Both the position numbers and the translations under genes were made by a program. The notes under the pieces are model-generated. The model was not told the DNA's origin, searched no databases, and saw only the letters and a list, made by a program, of their open reading frames with translations. Source: Paraglomus brasilianum (taxonomy: Eukaryota). From it: a DNA stretch of 50,217 bases. The stretch's first letter is position 1. Each line of letters begins with the position of its first letter. Below, piece by piece: positions 40,709-50,217 of this stretch. The stretch spans positions 1 through 50,217 of the forward strand of contig CAJVPI010000138.1 of NCBI GenBank assembly GCA_910592345.1, read 5' to 3'.

Positions 40709-41029
40709 GACAACCATGGTCCTAAACCTCTATTGCCTGACAAACCACATGATTAATGTCAATATTTAGCAAAAACTTATTATATATGATCTTGGACAGA
40801 TAGATTGCTCCAATCTTCACTGATAACTTACATATCGATGTAATGGCAGCTATAGGATGAAGTGACAATCTCCTCTCTAGCAATCATGCAGCGTTTGACA
40901 TAATAATAAATGAGAATTCAATGAAGATTAAAGAATGTAACATTGCTTATTCGAAAGCAAGCTTACAAATCGAATAATGTTGAAATCATAAAACTTGTTT
41001 CTAGTGAACAAGGATAATAGAAACTATAT

Positions 41030-42875
41030 TCATACTCTTGTTTTTTTACTTTGAGCCCCGTCTACACTTGCAACCTCCTCGCCATTCAGCTCCATCTTGC
41101 GTTTCTTCTCATTCTCTCCCTCTATTAATTCTTGTGGTATAATCACTGAGTTTTCCTCCTGCACTATAGTTTCCTTGGTACTGGTCTCGGACTGAGAGCT
41201 ATTAGTATCTACGGCCTTCCGTTTAATTAGAGAAGAAATATCATTGACAGTGCTAGTCGCTGATGTTGCTGTCGTTGAAGTTGATGCTTGTCCGGAACCA
41301 GAGGCAGATTCCGAGGCTGTCGTTGCATTCGAAGCGGTCGTAAGCCGTATAAGTTCATCTAAAACAGAACTGTGTTGCATATCTCGCACAAGCTTGGCGC
41401 TTTTAAGCTCCTCAACCTTTACGTGAAGAATCATAAGTAGATATACGTGGGACTGAGCCTGCAAGTGCGAAATTACGATACTTACTTTTGTTTCCATATC
41501 AATTAACAGTTCATTCAGTTCACCTATCTCTTTATCTATAGCGTCAGTGTCGTTATCTGCCGTCGCCACACCTTTCCCTTTGACGTCTTGCTGCGCATTA
41601 AGAATAGTAAGCTTTTCATACAGACTCCTCTTACGCTGCTCCAATACCTGAATCGCTTCTTGAACGTGAGACACTGCGTTGTCCCTCTCGCTGGTACTAT
41701 ACTCCATTGCGAGTGCCAATTTGTAATGCGTATTAAGGGAGTCAAGGATTGTCAAATTTGTTTATATATATAAATAAAGACAACATAAACCACCAAGGAT
41801 ATACTTCCGCAAGTTGTCGGTCATCTGCAGGAAGTCGGCGAACCTTTATGTTAAGAGCCTCCCGGAAATCATTTACAGCTTGGTCAAACGCCTCTGATTA
41901 ATATTGTAGATAATTTGTTAACTAGTCATTCGCGAAACAGATCATACTAAAATGCGAATTGTCAATTACCGTTTTCCAGGGACACGTCGCCTAATAAAAT
42001 GTATATCTCTCCAAGTTTGATTTCCGCATCATCACCCTCAATTTTTGAGTAGATTATCCTTGCGATATCAAGAACTTCCCATGCAACCGACAGGTCGTCG
42101 TCATTCTGACTATTATCAGTTGCGCCGCCTGTTTCTGCTAAATCGCCGTCAACCCCTTCTTCCTCTTCTTCCTCTTCTTCATCTTCTTCGAAGTCGCATG
42201 CAAAATCAGGTTCTCCCTCAAAAAAAAAACTCTGGTTATTTACCGACGGTTGTTCCTCTATCGATGCAATAGGTATCTCAGTAAATTAAGTTGATTTTGA
42301 AACCAATAAAGCAGTCATTAGTGAACCCGAAAACCCAAATTCACCACATTTAGTTACCTGATACAGCACTGGTCTTCTCAAGTACTCTATTGTCTAATAC
42401 ACTATTCTGTGCTATAAAGTTCTCCAACAAAGCTCGTCCATAAAGAATGAGTACATCGGCATACTCTCGCGAATTTTGACCACTGCTCACACCTCTAAAG
42501 GTCGTTTAATAAACAAATTGAAGATTAAGCCCAAAGTCGCTTCTAACCTGTACATGTGCCAACGACCAGTGTCCCTGACAAGAATGTGGCCGCGATTGCT
42601 GTGTGTAGAACGAAGAGTCAACAAAGTATTTCTTACATCAACTGAGAGGCTTCGCCAAGTTTCTGTACGGCCGTCTCGTACTCGTGCAAAGCAAACGCCT
42701 TCGTGCCCTCATCGACCAGTGCTTCGGCGTTTTTTGGTTCAACTCTGCCTGACTTTTCGGCTTCGTTCGTATGAAGCACAGTTTTGTTTGTGGCCGTAGG
42801 GTCTTCCTGACTAGCTTTTGCGGAAGTTGACAAGGCAACGCTTGTCGAAGCAGAAGACGCAGAACTATCACCCAT
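41030..42875 (-). CDS. NASP: NASP/Sim3/Hif1-family SHNi-TPR histone chaperone, ~461 aa; exons 42875-42637, 42494-42358, 42257-41970, 41893-41803, 41729-41486, 41416-41030
   Basis: TPR helices YADVLILYGRALLE, an acidic insertion, DDLSVAWEVLDIAR, LGDVSLENEAFDQAVNDF, DDRQLAEVHYKLALA, and a basic C-terminal NLS-like end. Confidence 0.9.
41730..41802 (-). other. U12-type (minor spliceosome) AT-AC intron, 73 nt
   Basis: 5' site ATATCCTT at 41802, branch box TCCTTGAC at 41748-41741, 3' AC at 41731-41730. Removal restores AE-V-HYKLAL. Confidence 0.9.
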
Positions 42876-43174
42876 TAAAAATAGGAAATATCTTGATTGA
42901 ATAGTTTGGTAATAAAAAGCCTAATTTATATGAATAAAACCTATTATCGAAAAATTATGTTTGTGTATATATATATCAGTGTTCTAACGTGTAGGCTTTA
43001 AAAGCAACGCGACGAGTATCAAATGCTGTTTTGAGACCAGAGGTAACGATAAACATACTTCACACCTATACCATATCGACATAAATAGGCAATGTCGAAT
43101 TATTCAGCTAGTCATTCATAACGCAAGCAAATCAGGATAACCAGAAGCCCTTTTCGCCAAGGGAACAAAAGCGT

Positions 43175-43260
43175 TACCCGACGCGGGACTCGAACCCGCA
43201 ATCCCCAGATTTCAACTATAATTAGAAGTCTGGTGCGTTATCCGATTACGCCAGCCGGGC
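43175..43260 (-). tRNA. tRNA-Arg (anticodon TCT) with a 12-nt intron
   Basis: GCCCGGC acceptor stem, GCGT/ACGC D-stem, CCAGA-CTTCTA[ATTATAGTTGAA]A-TCTGG, T-arm GCGGG-TTCGAGT-CCCGC; TTTT shortly downstream. Confidence 0.93.
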
Positions 43261-44693
43261 ACGACACACTTGACAGGTTTCATAAAATCAATTTATAAAT
43301 TTTAAAAAATTTTGCACACTTCCCAATATTATTTCCTATATTAATATGAAACAGTTCTACCAGTGACAGTCACAGAAGTTTTTACTGAATTTAAGAATTA
43401 CACATTGTTTGCTGCTTAGTTAGATTTACTGTGAAAAACGTAATAGTAAAATTAATCAGTTTATTGCCCACATTTCCATTATATTATAATTACAAAGTCA
43501 GAGCAATAGTGTATTCCACTATTAATGAACAAAATCCACAACAAATTATTATTATTATGGGAAGTCGATTCGATAATGCAAATATTCAGATTCCCCCCCC
43601 ATTAACATCTGTGCAATGTTGCCTAATTTTCAACACCTTAAACCTTTTTTCCTTCAGTTCTTTCTTGATTCGAAGAATATATACATGGAAGATTGGAAGG
43701 AAGTGTTACCTGTTACTTCTGAAAATATTCCGTTACAATTGCTGACTTATGTGGTGCATAGTGAAGTATGCCGATTTTTTTCCATAATGTTCGAACAGTA
43801 TACTATTTGCATAAAGTTTTATGGTATCTAACAAAGTTGCTTTAGAAGACATTCAAATATACACAATTATTTGTAGCAGAATGACGACATAAAAGTAAAC
43901 AGCTATTCGCTTCAGAATTAACAGATCCTTCAACACAAACGAGAATGGATATTCAGTTAGAATAATAATTCTTACTGTCCAACGATTTGCCATCTATATT
44001 TATTTTTATCATCATTTATTTATTCTACATTACTATTACAGCATTATATAATGAAGTTTTTACCAAAATTATTCACGTGGCGACCGTTTCGTTCTTCACA
44101 ATAAGACTGTTATAACGTTATCTATGATGTTATCCGCCAACAAAAAAGTTTTTCTGATGTGTTCATAATAATATAAACAGAAGCCCTAAAGTCTCAACAA
44201 TGTCTGGATAACAATTAATTGAAATAGCATTGTTTGTCCAAAGTCAGAGATTATTTCCTCGTTTGCTTCGGCTAAAAACTTATTGGACAGATGTATTTCT
44301 ATATCTTAATGACGAGAGCAAGATATAATACGTGTAATTTCAAATCTCTCCTATTTTTCATAAAAATACCTTCTTTTTAATGCTTCTACATGTATTTTGA
44401 ATTTATTAGAACATTAAGCCAGATTTTTCCTTTGTTATTAGTATGTCTTGTATGATGTAGAATATAGAGCTTTGTAGTGTCCTCTCGTTGCTTCTAAAAG
44501 AGCAAGGAGTCCTTGACTACATACAGGGTATTATCTAATACAAATGGGAGAGCTGAATGACACGTGATTCGTAGAACGGAGCGTAAGCGCCTCCTACTAC
44601 AAGGTAATTACCGATCATTTTTTAACATAAGAGAAATAGGCGTATTTTAGCATTTTCAATAATTTTCGATAATTTTTTATAATTATAAAAAGG

Positions 44694-45190
44694 ATGGAAC
44701 ACATAACTGTAGAATATTATCGTGCTGGTACTCCTTATTTATCACCAGAAGCTATTGAGGAAATCATTCAATCTCGAGGGACGGTTAAAAATGCATGCAG
44801 GGAAATGGCTTATAAATATAGTACTTCAACTCGTAGAATATATGAAATTTGGAAAAGACATGCTGAAGGAATACCCTTGCGCAAACAGCAACTAATACAT
44901 AGTGTTGTTTCTTCTGAAATAATGTCTGAAAATAATACTTCGGATAGGAAGTCAAAGAAAAGAAAATCAGGATCCGATCAGGATCCGGTTCTAGATCTGT
45001 TCGAGTATCTGATTCAGTCAATAATATTATTAGGCCGGGGGCTAGCTTTTCAGCTAATAAGGTTGGTATAACTGATATTCCGATAAAAAAAGTAGATGAA
45101 ATGGATGACTTACAAGTTAAGCTTGCACAAAATCGTAAAGAAAGGGAAGAAGCTAAACGTGAGACGAAAAGGGTCTTAGATTCCAACTAA
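44694..45190 (+). pseudogene. Small HTH-like/coiled-coil protein frameshifted by an 11-bp tandem duplication
   Basis: ACREMAYKYSTSTRRIYEIWK is HTH-like. ATCAGGATCCG is duplicated at 44966-44987, and removing one copy restores an ORF to TAA at 45190. Confidence 0.55.
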
Positions 45191-47240
45191 TCTATTTTTG
45201 TTTTTTCTAAAGTAGTTTGCAATCTACATACCGTTTCAATATCAGATTTGTTTCTATAAGCCCGTAGTTTTTTATTAAGCTCGATTAATTCAGTATTGGA
45301 TTCGAGTACCTCATATAGCGATTTTTCTAACTCCTCATAACTCATGCGTTTTTTTTTAAAGTCGAATTGTCAGAATCTAGGAGCGGAGCTTGGGGTTGAT
45401 AGTAGCACAAGATATCACTGATCACGTGATAAACTAAAACTACGAGAGGGTAAAATTTGTATTCATGTCATGAAAGTTGAAACGTTTGCCTTGATATGTA
45501 AATCTGTCGACTGCCGCAGAAAATGCGAAACGATTTACGGAGTCGATAGTCATGATTGAGAGAAACACTAAAACCATATGATCACAGCTACCATCCAAAT
45601 ATACACAGATTTATTCATCGATATCTGTGTTTCGAAGACGGGAGCCGAAGCAACGGAAGTAAGGAGCAAAAGGGTAAGTAAGAAGGATTTTGAGAGACGT
45701 TAAGCAACTAGAGAAATAGAGATTCAACTAAGATATTACCAATGTGATTAATTCCAACGAATAACAGGGATAGCAGGATAATGTGTCTGATTTGTTGCAC
45801 ATGCCTCTTATACGTGTACTAACCAGGATGTATGCTTGTGAGCATAAGTGCATGAGTTAGTCTAATAACAATGACCAAAATAAATGTTTATAATGTTAAA
45901 TATTAGGTAAGAAAGATCCGGGTTCCCCATGTGGTATCTGCTGGACAGGTTTTGGTTGGTAAGTATAATTTACTATTGAGTAGTAGATGAGAGAGCTAAA
46001 TGCAACTACAAAATACAATGATGGATGAGATCACAGTACGAATTTCTTCACTTTCTGAGAATTATTCGCATTCCTATGCATGATGACATTAGGACACGTC
46101 TGAGTGTTTTTAATTTAAACTGAAGAATCATTATATACTATTCAAGTGAATGTTAATTATATATGACTTCTTGTATATTTTAGGTGCTTCTTACGGTGAC
46201 AGGTTTCTAGCCTTCTATCTGCGCCAAGTATGTCCTCTCGTGATTTGTAGATTGCATAATTTTCTTGTATATGTATTGTTGCTACTATATTCTGTTAATA
46301 TTGTAAGTTCATGAGACATCTAAGCGTTAAGAAGAGTTACTGCCGATGTTTTTTTGTGTGATAAAAGCTTGTTTCACGTGTTCCTTTCTGCGAATGGTGT
46401 TCGTCACTCTTATCTTATGGATTACCTACAGTATAAGGCTTTGCCGAAACTTCAAACGGAGTTAGCAACAGTTTTGATAACAATAAACCTGGATATAACG
46501 AGTCCTGTATATCGTGATAAAACCACATGATTGGAAGTCTTGACAGTAAGAGCATACAGCAGACAAATTGCTTGACATTAAATACGTACAGCAGTATAAT
46601 CACTTCCTGTCTCAATAACTCGATTCATACTTTGTAATCATAGTCGTACAAAATTTAAATATACAGTACTCATTTCAAAGGAAAAATTCAAAGCTTTAAA
46701 TTATAAACAAAATACAATTATTACTATACTTTTCCTTTAACCTTCTAGGAAAAAAGGCATAAAGTAGCACCTAGTAAACCTTAATAAAGGACACGAAATC
46801 AAAGGAAAAATTCAGGAACGTTCCTAATCGACGAATCGAAGTAATGTTACCCTTCTTGATTATACTCCTTCGATTAAGGAATTATATCATTTGTTGTTCC
46901 GGTATAGCTTCTCGCGACAGGTTGGAGCTAAGATTAAATCACTCTAAAAGGCATGACTCAAAATCAGCATCCTAAACGATAAGTGTTCTATAGATTAATA
47001 GTAATACAGTTCAACTCCTTGTGTGCTAGCCTTAATTATAATATATTTAATTGAGACACTAAATATAGTTAACGGATAAATTTCAACAACGGTAACTTTG
47101 TTAACTAATTGCTAGCTTGATTTCAATAAACGCTATACATTTACCATGCCTCAAAAATAAGATTACTTTATCAGATGCTCAAAATATGAGCTTATCCGTA
47201 TGTTCGCGATAATGAGAAAACTTGAAACATTCCTGAAGTA

Positions 47241-48458
47241 CAGTGTGTCAAACCCACCCCCCCCCCCGGAAATTACTAAAACGCGTCTATCATGCCCAAT
47301 TTGGAACCAATTTGCGATAAGTTTAATTCAAAATAAACACAAAGACCTAGAGATCAATTTAAACTCTCTCTTTTTTTTATTGCACTCATACATAACTTTT
47401 TTGATACGTTATTACACAATGTCTGCTACCAAGAGCTACATGCACATACAAGCATACCACCCTCAACAATATATTGCAATATAAATAAACTGAAAAAAAC
47501 AGGAACTACTAAGCATGCTGGTGGTAATGGTCGCCCGAGAAAAATCACTGGAAATGCCTCGAAAGCACTCGGGCAATACATTCGGTGAGACACTTACGAA
47601 CTTCGGCAAAAAAGTTGTTAAAAATGGGTGTAAGTGTGACGCATGCAACAATTGCCAACCATCTAAATGACTTTGAATATAAAAAACCCTCCCAAGAACC
47701 ACACCTATGCTTACTAATGCCTACAAGCAAAAAAGTGTAGCATGGGCTCAAAAGCATCTTGACGACAATTGGAGTCGGACTGTATTCTCAGATGAGACAG
47801 CATTCCAACTTGTTCGGAACACTGTAGAATGTTGGCATAAGGGTGTACGGCCAGTTCGTTGTGTGCCGAAAGATTGAACAAAAATTATGGCGTGGGGTGG
47901 ATTTTGCATAAATGGGAAAACGAATTTGTTTTGCTTTCGACAAATCATGGATGCCAGATTTTATGTCGAAATTTTACAGCAACATTTCCCAGAAATTGAC
48001 CAAATGCTTGAGGTGGGTAATGGAGGTTTCAGCAAGACAATGACCCCAAGCATAGTAGTCATCTTGCTAAAACCTTTCTTGATGAGAATTCTCCAGAAGC
48101 CATGGACTGGCCATCCAATAATCCTAACTTAAACCCTATTGAAAACTTATGGACCATTGTGAAAGGTAATGTAGAGAAATAATGCCTCAAAATATCAGTA
48201 AACTGGAGCAATTTATGGTGGAGGAGTGGAGGAATATTTCAGATACTGTTGTAATAAATCTCGTGGGCTCAATGAGACGTCGTTGTGAACTTATTATAGA
48301 AAATTATTATTATGGAGAGAGAATCTCTTATTAATTGCTGTTAATAAAATTTGTTGTTTTCAGCTTTTAAATAAGCTATAAATCATGTCATTTGGTCCAT
48401 TCATTGTGACACAATGAATGAAAAACTTATTCCGGGGGGGGTTTTTTTTGACACACTG
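47241..48458 (+). mobile_element. Near full-length Tc1 (DD34E-type) transposon with pseudogenised transposase (~47420-48300)
   Basis: TA|CAGTGTGTCAAA...CCCCCCCGGAA and TTCCGGGGGGGG...TTTGACACACTG|TA. Translation gives GRPRK, VFSDET, IMAWGGF, FQQDNDPKH, WPSNNPNLNPIENLW, with in-frame stops and frameshifts. Confidence 0.92.
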
Positions 48459-48512
48459 TATATTAGAGAGACAGTATGATACGACAGACAAACATAGATA
48501 AGTAATTTACTA

Positions 48513-49197
48513 CAGAGAGACCTCTATAAGTGCACCCTCCATAGATGCACACCCTCCATGTTCTACACGTGCAAGCGATTTTGAGTCCCAGATATAATTG
48601 CAAGTGCACCCACGCGACATTTAAAAAAGGTCAGCCGATTAATTGCCGTGATTTCAATGCAATAGTGACATTAGTTTACATTAGTACTAGTAAATATACT
48701 GATACTCGTGCTTACAAAACTGTAAATACTTGACATAAGATATTTTTTAAAATAGTAAAAATTTTAACCACATTTCTAAATTCAGCGATCACAAATAGTT
48801 GCTCAAGAGAATAATATTTACAAGTAAGTTCTCATGAACTTGTTAAGGATACTGATCAAGCAATTACGGATGTAGACGACATAGATGATAGTGAGGAGGA
48901 AAGTCCTGTTATTGGCGCTATCACCCCAATCGCTAGCTTGGAAATAGTACGTGCCTTTCTTTTACAACAGGACAATATATCACCTCTTTACAAAATATTG
49001 AGAAGTTTGTTGAAGTCAGGAAAACAAGCTCAATGCGTCAAACTAACATTGACACATATGTTTCTTAAAGTGTAGTCTGACTTCGTGATAGTATAATTTT
49101 GATAATAAGATAATAAAGAAAAAGTACTAGTTTTCTGGTTTTCCATTCGTTGTTCTATAAGTGCACACCTCCCTAAGCACTTATAGAGGTCTCTTTG
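48513..49197 (+). mobile_element. Internally deleted pogo/Tigger element
   Basis: TA|CAGAGAGACCTCTATAAGTGC ... GCACTTATAGAGGTCTCTTTG|TA. Retains an acidic transposase C-terminus (DDSEEESPVI...SLEIVRAFLLQQ...SMRQTNIDTY). A related solo end lies at ~33717. Confidence 0.85.
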
Positions 49198-49456
49198 TAT
49201 TACGCAATGATTATGTGTAACTAATAAATATAAAGTATAATTTAAATATATCACGTGATTTATTGCACAAACGCACTCAATTGGATAGCCGCTGTCATTA
49301 TTCGAGTCAGCCTTAAATCTTTATACCACCTTTCCAAAGTGTTTCTAAACAACAAAAAGACTGAGAACAGAATTCGACTCCAGTCATCGTTTAGATGTTT
49401 TTTAGCCTAATCTACGCGCTTTTTTTGTGACCACGGTCGCTGCACTGACAGAAATA

Positions 49457-50079
49457 CAGTCCTACCTCATTTGTATCCCCCCTATTGTATCCCAACCTCG
49501 GCTATATCCCAGCTTTTCGGCTGGACGGATTTCCCTTATTGTATATCAGTATAAATCTACCTCATTTGTATCCCACTCAGATATGTCCCTATCCCCAAAA
49601 TTCTATGGTCCCGATTTCCCATGCCCTATAACAATCTATTATGATCATACCTCGTTTATATCCCCCTTTGTATTACACAAAATATCATCCATTTCTATTT
49701 ATATAATCTGTGTCAGGTTTGTCTGCATTTCACATTATCAATTGAAAATCATGCCACTTTTAACAAATTCAGGCCACAAATCAAGTGCAAATCGGGCCGT
49801 AAAATAAACATATTGATATAAGAGAGCATTCTATTAAATCAACAGTCAGATCTATTAACTACACAGTTATTACCATTATTTTATCAGCGATAACTTATAA
49901 ATCCTCTGCACTTTAAGATGGCCAGTTCTGCAAATACCAGTAACGCAGATAGACAAAGAAAGCAAAGGAGGAATTTATCACTCGAGGATAAAGTAAACAT
50001 TATTAACATTAAGAGAAAAGAAACTGATTAAAACTAAGCGATGAAAAATTGGCAACCGAGTTTACAACAGAAAGTGATA
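49457..50079 (+). mobile_element. Left part of a pogo-like element with a CENP-B-type HTH remnant
   Basis: TA|CAGTCCTACCTCATTTGTATCCC terminus with the motif repeated at ~49557. From ATG 49918: RKQRRNLSLEDKVNIINIK..LSDEKLATEF. Confidence 0.6.
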
Positions 50080-50217
50080 CAGTCGAACCTCCATAAAAGA
50101 ACACAGTCGGGACAGTCAAATTATGTTCCATGATAGAGGCGTTCTCTTATAGAGTTTCCTCAAGATTATATGACACAATATTTATAATATATCTCGAACC
50201 AATCAAATACTAGTATT
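50080..50217. mobile_element. Terminus of a second pogo/Tigger-like element nested in the previous one (truncated by the window end)
   Basis: TA|CAGTCGAACCTCCATAAAAGAACAC interrupts the HTH reading frame. Confidence 0.6.

Noticed and set aside
42548..42598. In-frame 51-nt cassette exon candidate inside NASP intron 1 (CAG|...ACAG|GTTAGA)
   Set aside because: It would leave a ~38-nt upstream intron, shorter than the others here, and would disrupt a TPR helix pair.
43431..44500. Short ORFs beside the tRNA gene
   Set aside because: AT-rich, fragmented and lacking family motifs; probably decayed repeats.
49457..49670. Recurrent GTATCCC/TATCCC motifs suggesting a CRISPR-like or satellite array
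   Set aside because: Irregular spacing, short degenerate units and a eukaryotic context; explained as subterminal repeats of a pogo-like element.

Overview
Eukaryotic (fungal) genomic DNA: AT-rich, with many short spliceosomal introns. The accessory gene families (F-box/LRR, TKL-type kinase, REase-kinase) and a minor-spliceosome intron suggest an early-diverging, Mucoromycota/Glomeromycotina-like fungus; this taxonomic placement is an inference. Intact intron-containing genes reconstructed by hand: endonuclease V, an Osh1/Osh2-type oxysterol-binding protein (ANK-PH-FFAT-ORD), MCM2, a KGD4/YMR31(MRPS36)-family small protein missed by the ORF track, a NASP/Sim3/Hif1 histone chaperone, a REase-like + kinase protein and tRNA-Arg(TCT). 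There are also two low-complexity orphan proteins and a hydrophobic-hairpin membrane protein. These genes are separated by decayed mobile DNA: Tc1/mariner, pogo/Tigger elements and MITEs, hAT, an unclassified Cys-rich transposase-like family, and pseudogenes. Best-supported surprises: a U12-type AT-AC intron in the NASP gene; a ~950-bp inversion bounded by 4-bp inverted microhomology that cuts two different transposon remnants; a GC-AG intron in KGD4, which shares a 122-bp divergent intergenic region with MCM2; and a ~1.2-kb CpG-free tract. I did not find a convincing multi-gene novel system. All exon coordinates are manual predictions.
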